The notes: generated by a model not told the origin, from the letters alone. A stretch of DNA of 64,000 nucleotides from a virus (IMGVR_UViG_3300033074_000806:1-64000), one strand, 5' to 3'. Shown: positions 14,757-25,725, counted from the stretch's first letter. Made by a program: numbers and translations.

Positions 14757-16661
14757 ATGTCTGATAATAAAATAATAGAATTGTATAGAAAGGGATTAAG
14801 TAGAAAACTGATAGCTAAAACTCTTGGAATCTCAGAATGGAAAGTTAGATGCGCTATAAGACAGCAGCATACTAAGGCTATTAAAGCAAAAGAGTTTAAG
14901 ACTAATGATTCGATACGATTAAACAAAGTTTCAGTATCAAAAAATCAAAATCTTAGAAAGGCCCTGATTTTATCAGATATACATGTTCCATACCATGATC
15001 AAGCGGCTCTGGCAGTTGCTTTAGCCTATGCTAAAGATTATGGTCCAGATATAATAGTTCTTAATGGGGATATCATTGATTTTTATGGCGCAAGTTCTTA
15101 TCGCCAAGATCCAATAAGAATTGACACTCTACAGGATGAACTTACAGAAGGTAAGGCACTCTTAAAGAAAATAAGAGACGAACATCCAAATGCTGAAATA
15201 TACTATATTGAAGGCAACCATGAGACTCGTCTAAAAAGGTTCTTACTAGATAAAGCACCAGCATTAGCGTGCCTGTCCTGTTTATCTTTTGACGAGCTAA
15301 TAGGCCTAAAAGAGCATGAGATAAAGTTCATAGACTATGGCCAGAGTATACAGCTAGGTGATCTTGAAGTTACGCACGGAGAAATTGTAAGAAAAGGTGC
15401 AGGCATGTCTGCTAAGGCGCACTCTGATAAAAGTGGTGCATCTATCTTAATAGGACACTGTTTTGATGAAAAAACTGAGATCCTTACTAATGAAGGCTGG
15501 AAAAATTATAATCAAATAACAGATACTGAAATAGTAGCTACCTATAATAGGGTGTTAGATAAACTAGAATATCAAAAAATTGATAAACTTTATATCTATT
15601 CAAATTACTCAGAATTATACCATCTAAAATCTAGAGACATCGATTTAATGGTTACGGATAAACATGGACTTTGGGCCACCAAGAGCGGCAGTAACAAATG
15701 GTTTGAAACAACAGCAGAAGACGCGGCTACTAAATCTAGACTATCTTATAAGGCCGGAGCTATTCATAATGAGTGTAAACTAAATGAAAATGATTCATTC
15801 ATTAATCTAATTGCTTGGATTATGGCTGAAGGACATTTTGAAAAACAAAATGGTAAAATATCACAGATAAGAATAGCTCAATCTGATGCTCCTGACGGAA
15901 GATTAGAAAGATTAAAATCAGATATTGCTAACTGTGGAATTAAATATTCTTGCACAAAAAGATATAACGCTGGTTCTATAGAACACGGTCAATATAGAAA
16001 TTATGATGCATACAGAATAAATTTACACGATCCAAAAGGCGACGTAAGAGCCAAAATATTTAATTATCTTGATGAAAACAAGACTCCTACAAGATTATTA
16101 GCCAATATGTCTTCTTCTCAGCTAGAATCTTTTTTAACTACTTATATTTGGGCAGATGGAACCTTTAATAAAGCTTCAAAAAATAGTTATCAAGTTGCTT
16201 CAAATAGGCAAGACCATATAGATTTCTTGCAAGAAATATCTGCAAGATTAGGATACAGAACATCAACATCCCACAATAATGGTATGCGCTATCTTACAAT
16301 AAATACTAGAAACTTAGTGCAAGCAGATAAATCTCATTGGACTAAAGTAAAGTATTCTGGTCATGTTTGGTGTGTGTCTGTTCCAAATGGGACTCTCTTG
16401 GTTAGAAGAGGCGGTCACACTATTATAACTCTTAACACGCACAGAATAGGAAATATTTGTCGCACGAATAAATGGGGAACACATGTGTCTATTGAGAATG
16501 GACACCTTGGTCGTAATGATTTTGAATATGTGAATAACCCAGATTGGCAGCACGGCTTTACACAAGTAGAATTTTTTGATGATGGTCGATTTTTTGCTCG
16601 TAGCCACATCATAAATAATGGTTCATTGGTTGTTGATGGGACACTATATGAAACGAAGTAA
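14757..16661 (+). CDS. Calcineurin-like metallophosphoesterase with N-terminal HTH and an intein
   Basis: SDIH, GDIID, GNHE, THG, GH|TH motifs; LSRKLIAKTLGISEWKV HTH. Confidence 0.85.
   Translation: MSDNKIIELYRKGLSRKLIAKTLGISEWKVRCAIRQQHTKAIKAKEFKTNDSIRLNKVSVSKNQNLRKALILSDIHVPYHDQAALAVALAYAKDYGPDIIVLNGDIIDFYGASSYRQDPIRIDTLQDELTEGKALLKKIRDEHPNAEIYYIEGNHETRLKRFLLDKAPALACLSCLSFDELIGLKEHEIKFIDYGQSIQLGDLEVTHGEIVRKGAGMSAKAHSDKSGASILIGHCFDEKTEILTNEGWKNYNQITDTEIVATYNRVLDKLEYQKIDKLYIYSNYSELYHLKSRDIDLMVTDKHGLWATKSGSNKWFETTAEDAATKSRLSYKAGAIHNECKLNENDSFINLIAWIMAEGHFEKQNGKISQIRIAQSDAPDGRLERLKSDIANCGIKYSCTKRYNAGSIEHGQYRNYDAYRINLHDPKGDVRAKIFNYLDENKTPTRLLANMSSSQLESFLTTYIWADGTFNKASKNSYQVASNRQDHIDFLQEISARLGYRTSTSHNNGMRYLTINTRNLVQADKSHWTKVKYSGHVWCVSVPNGTLLVRRGGHTIITLNTHRIGNICRTNKWGTHVSIENGHLGRNDFEYVNNPDWQHGFTQVEFFDDGRFFARSHIINNGSLVVDGTLYETK
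15459..16436 (+). mobile_element. Intein (326 aa) with LAGLIDADG-type endonuclease in the phosphoesterase
   Basis: Starts CFDEKTEILT, block B VTDKH, WIMAEG and YIWADG, ends VWCVSVPNGTLLVRRGGHTIITLN followed by T. Confidence 0.85.
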
Positions 16662-16763
16662 CTACTATGGAGTTGGAGTTTATGTATCCACAAAATATTA
16701 TGATCGATGCGCTGCTTCTCGGCGAATTAGAAGAGGACGAAGAAATCCTAATAAGGCTTAAAA

Positions 16764-19664
16764 ATGCCAGAATACCTCCCAGAAAGAGATTACGAAGCTA
16801 ATAAGTGGCAGCCAGTTAAGAAAGGCCCAGAGGACCTTTGTGGTTCCTGCGTAAACTATTACGCTGAGTTATATGTCAAAGGTATAACAAAAACACCATT
16901 TCCTCCATCTTGCAGCAAGCACATAACCGATCCAATAAAAGCTCTTAGACTAGAAGACTTTGAGTCAGAAGACGATTTTGAACTAGCTAAAATAGCTCTG
17001 GATCCAGTTGCTTGGGCCATGTATGAGCTTGAGTGGGATCTTAGATGGTATCAGGCTGATGTGCTTAGCTGCACTTCTCAATTCAAAGTATTACGGCAAG
17101 GAAGACGTTGCCTTGCTAAAGGCACTTTAGTTGCTACTCCAACTGGGCCTGTGCCTATTGAATCTTTAAATCCAGGCGATGAAGTATATTCAGAACATGG
17201 ATCTATAATTAAAGTTAAAGAATTATTTGATCAAGGTATGCAAGATGTAGTAGATATTTCACATAGAAATAAAATTCTTGCTACATGCACCCTAGATCAC
17301 GTTTGGGCTACAGTTAAGCAGCATTCTAAAACTAGAAATATTCCACACCCAGGACTAAGAAAAACTTCTCAGTTAGATAAGTATACTTTAATTGATAGAG
17401 TTGAAATTGAAGCTCCATTAGGAACTGTAGATGAGCCATTAGCTTACGTAATTGGAACCTTATTAGGAGATGGTTGCTGCAGAGAACATTATCTTTCCAT
17501 ATCTAGTGCTGAACCAAAATTAGTTGCTAGTGTTGCCGCTCAGTTAGGGGCAACCTATAGAAAAAATAGTCCAACTAACTATACATGGAATATGCCTAAA
17601 GAAAACAAGGCTAAAATCCCTTACTATTTTGATTGGCTTCATAATAAGTATGCACATGAAAAAATAGTTGACTTGAGTGTAATAAAGACTTGGAATAGGC
17701 AGACACTATTGAGGCTAGTAGCCGGGCTTATAGATACTGATGGCAGCGTCTCTCGACATTATGATGCTAATGGCAACATAAAAGAGATAGCTGTTAGTCT
17801 GGGTATGCAGGCTAAATCCGTAATAGAAGCCGCTCAGTATGCTTTCTTAGCACTATGGCAAATAACCACCAATATAGGTATTGATAATAGATCTAAGTAT
17901 AAAAACGGCCCTGTTTGGAATATAACTGTCAAAAATATTCACCAATGTAAGAGGATTTTAAAAGAATTAGATCCTTATATGAATGTTGGATCTAAAAAAT
18001 ATGATACAGCTTATGATTCTCTAGTTCCATATAATTTCAATCCTAAAGGTATGGGCGGGACTTTAAAGAACCCTAGAAAAGAGCAATGCTATGACATACA
18101 TGTGGATTCACCAACAAACTTGTATCTTTTAGCAAATGGACTAGTAACTCATAATTCAGGTAAGTCCAATACCCTTATGGTTGATGCCTTGCATTTTGCG
18201 GTGACCCAACCAGGCAAAACTGTGCTAATATTGGCTCCATTTGAGCCCCAAGTAGAAAAACTATTTGAGGAATTGCACATGTTAATAAATAGAAGCAGGA
18301 CCATAAAGTCTTCTATAGTTAGAGATGTTAAAAAACCTTGCATGATCAGTTTTGCAAATGGCTCTCATATTAAAGGGCTATCGGCTGGATCAAAAAATAC
18401 CACTAATAGATCGGATAAGATTCGTGGACAGGACGCCCACTACATCATTATTGACGAAATCGACTATATTCCTGATGAAGACCTAGTAGCTATTACTGCT
18501 ATTTTGGCTTCTCACAATGATTGTAAGATCGCAGTTTGCTGCACGCCTACAGGCGAGCACTCTAGATTCTTTTCTTATTGTGTTGACAAAGATCAAAAAT
18601 TTAAAGAGTTCCACATAATAGCACAAGAATCACCTGAGTGGAATGCAACTATCGAGGAATTCTTCTTACGTGACTATGGAGGAAAACATACTCCTGCGTG
18701 GGATCACGAAATTCTAGCTGAGTTCGGAAAGCAAGAACATGGCGTCTTTAGTAACGAGCGCATTGATGCATCAGTTCAAAACTATCAAATAGAAACAGCT
18801 GAGCCCCAACCTGGAAGATCTTATATCTGTGGCGTAGATTGGAATAAGACAGCCGGAACCCATATCCTTATAGTAGAAACTACTGGGACATTATTTAAGC
18901 CTGTTAAAAAAATAATAATTCCCAACAGTGATTTCGTCCAAACTTTAGCCGTCGAAACTGTTATAGACTTATTTTATAAGTGGTCACTGAGCCTAATTGT
19001 AGTAGATGTCGGATATGGCTCAACACAGATCGAACTTCTAAAGAAACATGGAATTGCAAATCCTGGCGGTGGATTGCTAAGAAGATTAAAGCCGATTGCT
19101 ATGCAAGAGCATATTGAGCTAAGAGACCCTAAAAATGGTATAATTAGACGCACTCCAACAAAGCCCTTCTTAGTCAACTGCTTAAAAAATGTATTAGATG
19201 AAGGTAATTTAATTCTACCAAAAGCTGAAGATACAATCGAAACTCGTAAAAATGCAATTCATGGTCTTGTTCAGCAAATGAGAAACTTTAAAATTGAGGG
19301 GCACTCAATTTATGGTGTCCCTAAGTATTCTCAAGGCTACGACCATACTATGACGGCGCTAATGCTTGCAATCTCTGGTTACTTATTAGAGCATTCAGAC
19401 TTACAGAAAGTAAACTACTTAACTAGAGCAGCTACAGTTCAAGCAGACACTGGCATCTCTGACGCAGAAAGATTTTCAGAAAAAGAATCTTATAAAAAAG
19501 ATCCATCTATAATTCCAAGTAGACAGCTCAATAAAGGTGCAAGTTTATTTGGTTACACCACAAACAACGGCATGTCTGTTCAAAGACAGCAAAAGCATAT
19601 CAGAACTTTTGGTCCAGGCCGGGCAGATAGTAAGCCAAATACGTTTAAACGAAAGTCATTTTAA
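16764..19664 (+). CDS. terL: Terminase large subunit with intein
   Basis: Spliced Walker A GRR|SGKS, Walker B IIIDE, CTP coupling motif, nuclease GVDW and DHT motifs. Confidence 0.92.
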   Translation: MPEYLPERDYEANKWQPVKKGPEDLCGSCVNYYAELYVKGITKTPFPPSCSKHITDPIKALRLEDFESEDDFELAKIALDPVAWAMYELEWDLRWYQADVLSCTSQFKVLRQGRRCLAKGTLVATPTGPVPIESLNPGDEVYSEHGSIIKVKELFDQGMQDVVDISHRNKILATCTLDHVWATVKQHSKTRNIPHPGLRKTSQLDKYTLIDRVEIEAPLGTVDEPLAYVIGTLLGDGCCREHYLSISSAEPKLVASVAAQLGATYRKNSPTNYTWNMPKENKAKIPYYFDWLHNKYAHEKIVDLSVIKTWNRQTLLRLVAGLIDTDGSVSRHYDANGNIKEIAVSLGMQAKSVIEAAQYAFLALWQITTNIGIDNRSKYKNGPVWNITVKNIHQCKRILKELDPYMNVGSKKYDTAYDSLVPYNFNPKGMGGTLKNPRKEQCYDIHVDSPTNLYLLANGLVTHNSGKSNTLMVDALHFAVTQPGKTVLILAPFEPQVEKLFEELHMLINRSRTIKSSIVRDVKKPCMISFANGSHIKGLSAGSKNTTNRSDKIRGQDAHYIIIDEIDYIPDEDLVAITAILASHNDCKIAVCCTPTGEHSRFFSYCVDKDQKFKEFHIIAQESPEWNATIEEFFLRDYGGKHTPAWDHEILAEFGKQEHGVFSNERIDASVQNYQIETAEPQPGRSYICGVDWNKTAGTHILIVETTGTLFKPVKKIIIPNSDFVQTLAVETVIDLFYKWSLSLIVVDVGYGSTQIELLKKHGIANPGGGLLRRLKPIAMQEHIELRDPKNGIIRRTPTKPFLVNCLKNVLDEGNLILPKAEDTIETRKNAIHGLVQQMRNFKIEGHSIYGVPKYSQGYDHTMTALMLAISGYLLEHSDLQKVNYLTRAATVQADTGISDAERFSEKESYKKDPSIIPSRQLNKGASLFGYTTNNGMSVQRQQKHIRTFGPGRADSKPNTFKRKSF
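17109..18155 (+). mobile_element. Intein (349 aa) with LAGLIDADG endonuclease in the TerL Walker A
   Basis: CLAKGT start, TLDH, LLGDG, AGLIDTDG, ends LVTHN followed by S. Confidence 0.92.
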
Positions 19665-22636
19665 TGCGTAAAGATCTAGATTTTAATGGCATTAATCAAG
19701 AAGCTAAACCAAGAGAGCTATCTGAAACAGTTGGTAATAATATACCAGATCATAGCCAAGATAAGGCCGCTCCACCTGAAACAGATGTTTTAGAAGAAGT
19801 AACCTCTGCTATTTTTACTAACTTAGGAAAAACTTATTTAAAGGGCGAAGTTTTGCGAAAAGGTCTTGGGCTAATGGAGCCTGGCCAATTTATCACTGTG
19901 ACTGAAGATGCAGAGAAAGTATCAGCAGCATGTCGTAGAATCGCTTCTGAACCAACAAAATCCGGTGTAATTATCCCTTATAGTGTCTATACTCGCTGTG
20001 TAGATATACTATCAGATGCACAATGGCAAATTAGACGAGTCTATGAAAATATTGACATCCCACCTGATACAGAGAGTCATTCGAAGTATACAGTAAAGCA
20101 GTATAACAATAAGGGCGGCATATTAAACTTTATACAGCAATTTTTTAATGGAGATGGCATAGCAGGAGCTATTTTAACCGCTTTAGCTATAGCCCCATTT
20201 CAATTGCCTGGATTTTCGGTAATGTCTGTAGAGCAAGGAACAAAAGCCTATTTCATAGCACAAGTTCCACCTGCTATAGCACTATTTATAGAACTTGGGA
20301 TTAAAGCCTATAGACTTAAGGAATTCCTAAAAAACTCTGGAAAATTATCACCAGAAGTAGAAGATCTTATTGATGAACTAGATTCTAATCCAATTGCTAG
20401 AAAAGAAGCTCTTGGTTCAGCAGGAATAGATTATGAGTCATTTATTGATAGTTCACAAACAGATGATGCTAATGTAATAATTCAGTATTGTAATGAGTAT
20501 ATATCTGCAAACGGCTATCTTGGTCCTAAGAACTATGATCATTGGGTCGCCTATGGTTGCGTATCTGCTAGACAAAATATAGTTAGAGCCGCCTTTGATA
20601 GTGCTACGGACTACAGTAAAGACTTTTCAGAAGCCTTTAATCGAAATGTTCCAAATCCTGATTATGGCTCTGGCCCAGTAACCGCCGCATATGGCGTAAA
20701 ACCTACTACAAAAATTAATAATGTTATAGCTAGTCACTTTAATGAACTAGACCAAACTACTAATGATATCTATAATGATATTTTAAACTCGTTTATTTAT
20801 CAGGTTTCTGATAGCGACCTTTGCTGTGTTTCTTTTGATACTAAAATACAGCACAAAAATGGTATAAACAATATTTTAGACCTGGTAGGTAAAGAAATTG
20901 AAGTCTGGAATGGAGAGAAATGGTCGAAAGTCATTCCATTTAAGGCCGCAAGTAATAAAAAACTATTTAGAGTTACGTTAAGTGATGGATCCTATTTAGA
21001 TTGCACAGACGATCATAAATGGTTAGTTTTACCGCCTAAAGCGTCGAAATTTAAACAAGTAGAAACAAAAGATTTAATAATCGGCTCGAAACTTGAAACA
21101 TTTAATATTACTCACCCAATAGAAGGACAACATGAAGAATATGCATATGAATATGGGGCTTTTTGTGGTGATGGCTGCTGTGATAGATCTAGTAGGTGGA
21201 TCTGTATTTGTGGAGATAAAATAAAGCTTACTCAATTAGGGCTTAGAGGAAAATTATCTACTCCTAGAATAGATCCATTGTATAAAGATCCAGTATATAG
21301 GCTACATGTTAATCATATTTTAGATAAAGAAAAAACTAAACAATTAAGAGATATAAATGGATTACCTAACTGGGTGTTTCAGTTGGATAAACAATCTATT
21401 CTACAATTTATTGCAGGGTATATAGAAACAGATGGTAATGTAAGTAGACAATTAAATTCTGATTCCTATAGAATATTTGGATCTGAAGGTAAAATGCGAG
21501 ACTTACAGCTCCTATTAAGAAGAGTTGGAATAAATTTTGCTTCTGTGTATCTATATTCACCAAAAGGTCAAAAAACAAACAAAGGTGAAAGAACTTATAG
21601 TATATACTGCTGTCACATTCCTAGTTTTGAATGTGCATTAATACCTACAAGGTACAAAAAGGCGTCCAGAATTTCTTCTAGGTTCAAGAAAAACAATGCT
21701 CATCAAAAATCTGATTGTATTGATACTGCTAGGAAACAAAAAATCGTAAGTATTAAAGAATTAGAAGGGCTGCACGATACGTTCTGTTTCTCGGAGCCTG
21801 AGAAGCATATGGGTGTGTTTAATAACGTTTTGACCTATCAATGTCTAGTAGAAGTATTTGGATCTTTAGATCCAGAAATTCTAAAACTACTGGCGACAGT
21901 ATTAAGATTAGCAGCTATTGACTTAAATGCTGAATTAGCTAGACTACAAGATGCATTTTTTAGACAGTTAAACAACTTAAGCGCCGCAGCTATATATCAA
22001 ATAATTGAAAGGTTGCGCTCTCTTGAAGACAAGTTTGCTGTCAAAATTTTGAGATCTCTACAAGATGTCTTACCTAGGTTTGAACATTGTCCATCACTAA
22101 AGGACATAAGTTTTGCTATTTCTATGTCTTTAGGATCTTTAAGATCTCAAATTGATAAGCTTTTGATGGATGTTTTATTTGCTATTGATAGGCTCGGTAT
22201 GCCATCTACTTTGTCTTGGCGAGTTCCAGCAGACCGTAGGTTTTTACTTACCATTAGTAAAATACTTGACACCCTAGCTCTAAAACTTGAAGCTGCTGAT
22301 GTTTGCGCTCGCAAAGATATTGATCAGAAGCAATATGATTCTGCTTTGACTGATGCTAAAGATCAAGCCGCATATGAAATAACACATACCTTATTGACCG
22401 AAGGTAGTCCAGCAAGCATACAACTTACAGACGTAGAGATCAAAAAATACTTTCCAGACCTAAAAGCATCCAAGAGTAAAAACTTTAACTTTAACTATGG
22501 TCCAAAAACTATAACTGACTCAAATTACAGAGATGATGCTAAACAAACAAACTGTGAAAAATCAAATAGTAAAGAATATTTAGAAGGATTGAAGTTGGAC
22601 CTTTTAAAATCGATAGAAAAGAATTTTAAGGACTAG
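19664..22636 (+). CDS. Hypothetical (probably virion) protein between TerL and portal, with intein
   Basis: 990 aa; helical exteins with no recognisable catalytic motif. Confidence 0.75.
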   Translation: MRKDLDFNGINQEAKPRELSETVGNNIPDHSQDKAAPPETDVLEEVTSAIFTNLGKTYLKGEVLRKGLGLMEPGQFITVTEDAEKVSAACRRIASEPTKSGVIIPYSVYTRCVDILSDAQWQIRRVYENIDIPPDTESHSKYTVKQYNNKGGILNFIQQFFNGDGIAGAILTALAIAPFQLPGFSVMSVEQGTKAYFIAQVPPAIALFIELGIKAYRLKEFLKNSGKLSPEVEDLIDELDSNPIARKEALGSAGIDYESFIDSSQTDDANVIIQYCNEYISANGYLGPKNYDHWVAYGCVSARQNIVRAAFDSATDYSKDFSEAFNRNVPNPDYGSGPVTAAYGVKPTTKINNVIASHFNELDQTTNDIYNDILNSFIYQVSDSDLCCVSFDTKIQHKNGINNILDLVGKEIEVWNGEKWSKVIPFKAASNKKLFRVTLSDGSYLDCTDDHKWLVLPPKASKFKQVETKDLIIGSKLETFNITHPIEGQHEEYAYEYGAFCGDGCCDRSSRWICICGDKIKLTQLGLRGKLSTPRIDPLYKDPVYRLHVNHILDKEKTKQLRDINGLPNWVFQLDKQSILQFIAGYIETDGNVSRQLNSDSYRIFGSEGKMRDLQLLLRRVGINFASVYLYSPKGQKTNKGERTYSIYCCHIPSFECALIPTRYKKASRISSRFKKNNAHQKSDCIDTARKQKIVSIKELEGLHDTFCFSEPEKHMGVFNNVLTYQCLVEVFGSLDPEILKLLATVLRLAAIDLNAELARLQDAFFRQLNNLSAAAIYQIIERLRSLEDKFAVKILRSLQDVLPRFEHCPSLKDISFAISMSLGSLRSQIDKLLMDVLFAIDRLGMPSTLSWRVPADRRFLLTISKILDTLALKLEAADVCARKDIDQKQYDSALTDAKDQAAYEITHTLLTEGSPASIQLTDVEIKKYFPDLKASKSKNFNFNYGPKTITDSNYRDDAKQTNCEKSNSKEYLEGLKLDLLKSIEKNFKD
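20825..21841 (+). mobile_element. Intein (339 aa) ending in Gln, with LAGLIDADG endonuclease
   Basis: CVSFDTKI start, CTDDHKW, FCGDG, GYIETDG, ends HMGVFNNVLTYQ followed by C. Confidence 0.85.
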
Positions 22637-22638
22637 AG

Positions 22639-25600
22639 ATGACAGATTCTAATATACCTGTAAACGACATAAAACTATCAGTAGGTACTCCTAAAGAACT
22701 TAGTGAGGAGATGCTAAAAGCCCGTAGCAAGATGCTTGCTAAAGGTCTTTCATATGAGGGAAAAGGGACGTATATCCCATCTAGATCTTCTGACGGTAAC
22801 TTTGTCAGCCCCATTTATGATCTCGCAGAGATAGTTAGGTGCGTTGACGTAGAGCCTTATGTTGCCCAATCAATTCGGCGCCATAGAGAACAGATTCTAA
22901 AAGAAGGCTATAGTGTAGAGGGCGAAGATGAAGAAATGGTTGCTTATATAAAACAGCGACTATTTGAGATTTCTTTAGTTTCTGGCATACCAACTTCTAG
23001 CTGGATTAGAGAAGCTATTACCAATATGGTAACTTGCCATACCTCCTACTTAGTCTTTAGACGAGATGAGGATAGGTCTAGTGGATCCATTATCCAAATG
23101 TATGGTAAAACATTGTCTCCAATAGCTGGTATCTATACTGTTGACCCCACTACTATGTCAGTCAAGGTCGATAAGTATGGAACCCCTAAGCAATGGAAAC
23201 AAAAGATAACTGCGGACACTGGATTTGATTCTGGTGATACTGAAAAAACCTTTCCACCTGAAGATGTTGTCTGTATAACAGTCGATAAAAAGAGTGGATT
23301 TACTTTTGGAACACCATATATTTTGCCTGTTCTAGAAGATATTAGAGCATTACGAAAGCTAGAAGAGCTAGCGATGATTATTGCTAGTAAAGAAGCTTTC
23401 CCATTATACCACTACAAAGTAGGAACGCCAGAACAGCCAGCTATGGCTTATGAAGGCGGCGGGTCTGAAGTAGATATAGTTAAATCAGAAGTAGCTAATA
23501 TGCCTACTGGTGGTGCAGTAATAACAACTGAGCGACATGAAATTAATCTAATTAGTCGTCAAGGCGGCGCTCTAGATCTGCATCCATACCTAGAATACTT
23601 TGAGGCTAGAGTTTTGGCTGGTCTTAGACTATCTCCTATGGATCTAGGAAGAGGCGGTTCAGCTAATAGAGCCTGCTATTCCTCAGACACAGAAACTTTA
23701 ACCGATAAGGGCTGGAAGCATTATTGGAACATTGATATAAAGACTGATAAAATCGCTACTGTCGACCCAATAACAGGCGAATTAAAGTATGAGCTGGCCA
23801 ATGACTTATATGTCTACAAATATACAGGAAAAATGATCCACTTTGCTAACAATCTAATTGATTGCTTAGTAACTCCTGATCATGATATGTGGGTTAAAAA
23901 CAATGGCGCATTTAGCAAGATTAAAGCTGAAAAGCTTACAGAACTAGCTTCTAACGACCGCGATGCTTATACCTTTACTAATAAGGTTAATTGGCTAGCT
24001 AAAGATAAGTCTAACAAAGATTTAATAACTTTTGTCGCATACTTTATCCGCTATGGAAAAATAAATAAGTATAGAGAGGAAGTTAAATTTATTGTTAGAA
24101 ATCAAGAAGTTGCAAAAACAATAAAAGATTTCATAACAGGATTAAAACTAGAGTTTAGGTCCTATGATAATGATGGTTATACAAAAATTGTTATATACCA
24201 TCCAGATCTAGTTATCAAGCTATCAAAAGATCTAGGAACTTCAGAATATCCAAAGCGGCTACCGAGATGGATTCTTGATCTTTCTAAAAATGATCTTATC
24301 CATTTCTATTCTAAACTAACACAATTTGACAGCAGTTACGGTGAACTAAAAGTTTTCAGAGATCGTAGTTCAATTATAGTTAGTCAAGTGCAAGAAATAC
24401 TATTAAAAATAGGAATTGCCTCTAAACAAACAGAAACTGGATTATATCTGTTAACTGATGAGGATCCACAAGTAAAGTGGACATGGCAAGATTATGACGC
24501 TGATGTCTACTGCTTTAATGTTCCAAATCATTTATTTATCACCCGCAGAAATGGAATAATAAGTATTCAAGGCAATACTGCTAGCAATATAAATCAAAAT
24601 GTCCAAGATGCAGCTAAAGACTATCAAGAGGTGTTTAGCGATGCTATAACATATGGAATATTTATTCCTTTATTGTTAGAAGGTGGATTTGATATTAATG
24701 TAGAGAATATAGCAAAGCTAAGCTTCCCTATGATAAATAGAGAGGAACTTAGAGCCCACCAAAATCATGGACATCAGCTAATGATGGGAAATGCCATTAC
24801 TGATGATGAATTCCGTAAAGACTACTTGAAAAAGAAGCCTCTATCTGATGAAGAAAGGGCCCTATTGGCTAGACAGCTTGATACTGATTCTGCTAAAGAA
24901 ATAGAAAGTCATGCGGCCTCAGTTGCTCCAACTCAAACAACTGAAGGTCCTGGCGGACCGGAAGTAACGAAAACTATAACTAAGAAGCGTGGAAGTCCAG
25001 AAAATAATACGACTACCAAAAAAGTTATAAAAATGGCCAACAATAAGGGCCAACCAGCTAATCAGTATGGTAAGAAAGCAGCAAAGAGCAGATTTAAGGC
25101 TAACGACTATGCCTCAGCTGTATTAGATAATGTTGAGCAATTAACTAGCCGCCTATCCGAAATTGCAGTTTCAGACTTGGAAGATGTTGAATCTGAAGAT
25201 ATCAAAGACGAGATTGATCAAAATTTTAAAACATTTGTAACTATGTGTGGCCAAGAAGCAACTAAATACCTACCGGCTGAAATTGATAGCGGAGCGACAT
25301 TAGTTCCTGGAGGTCTACAAATTGGTTCTAGAGCTAAAGAGAAATTTTTGACAAACTATGTTCAAAAATCATATTACAAATTCTTAAATCCAATAGCTGA
25401 TAAAATAAAGGGCTGCTTCGAACGAGACATAGACGGAAATATGCCGAACTTCCTAAGTCTAAAAGAACTATCTGGAATCTCAAATTCTATCAATTTTTTG
25501 ATTAATGAGCATAAAGAAGTAGCTAAAAGATTTGGATTTGCTAAAGCTGCAAGAAACTTAGGCTATAATTCAATGATATTAGAAAATATTGAATCTAAAG

Positions 25601-25725
25601 ATCGCAAAACTATTGACCTTCCTTTAAAAGGTCCTATTCCATATCAAAATCTTATAGCTGATAGCAAAAATTACCAGTTGTTACTTGGGAATAAGGTAGG
25701 GAGTGTCACAGAATCAGATGAATAA
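22639..25725 (+). CDS. Portal protein with intein
   Basis: Position before protease/MCP; FGTPYILPVLEDIRALRKLEE and LGRGGSANRA|TA portal-type segments. Confidence 0.8.
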   Translation: MTDSNIPVNDIKLSVGTPKELSEEMLKARSKMLAKGLSYEGKGTYIPSRSSDGNFVSPIYDLAEIVRCVDVEPYVAQSIRRHREQILKEGYSVEGEDEEMVAYIKQRLFEISLVSGIPTSSWIREAITNMVTCHTSYLVFRRDEDRSSGSIIQMYGKTLSPIAGIYTVDPTTMSVKVDKYGTPKQWKQKITADTGFDSGDTEKTFPPEDVVCITVDKKSGFTFGTPYILPVLEDIRALRKLEELAMIIASKEAFPLYHYKVGTPEQPAMAYEGGGSEVDIVKSEVANMPTGGAVITTERHEINLISRQGGALDLHPYLEYFEARVLAGLRLSPMDLGRGGSANRACYSSDTETLTDKGWKHYWNIDIKTDKIATVDPITGELKYELANDLYVYKYTGKMIHFANNLIDCLVTPDHDMWVKNNGAFSKIKAEKLTELASNDRDAYTFTNKVNWLAKDKSNKDLITFVAYFIRYGKINKYREEVKFIVRNQEVAKTIKDFITGLKLEFRSYDNDGYTKIVIYHPDLVIKLSKDLGTSEYPKRLPRWILDLSKNDLIHFYSKLTQFDSSYGELKVFRDRSSIIVSQVQEILLKIGIASKQTETGLYLLTDEDPQVKWTWQDYDADVYCFNVPNHLFITRRNGIISIQGNTASNINQNVQDAAKDYQEVFSDAITYGIFIPLLLEGGFDINVENIAKLSFPMINREELRAHQNHGHQLMMGNAITDDEFRKDYLKKKPLSDEERALLARQLDTDSAKEIESHAASVAPTQTTEGPGGPEVTKTITKKRGSPENNTTTKKVIKMANNKGQPANQYGKKAAKSRFKANDYASAVLDNVEQLTSRLSEIAVSDLEDVESEDIKDEIDQNFKTFVTMCGQEATKYLPAEIDSGATLVPGGLQIGSRAKEKFLTNYVQKSYYKFLNPIADKIKGCFERDIDGNMPNFLSLKELSGISNSINFLINEHKEVAKRFGFAKAARNLGYNSMILENIESKDRKTIDLPLKGPIPYQNLIADSKNYQLLLGNKVGSVTESDE
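23674..24576 (+). mobile_element. Intein (301 aa) with degenerate endonuclease in the portal
   Basis: CYSSDTETLT start, VTPDH, ends VYCFNVPNHLFITRRNGIISIQGN followed by T; first LAGLIDADG motif decayed (YFIRYG). Confidence 0.85.
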
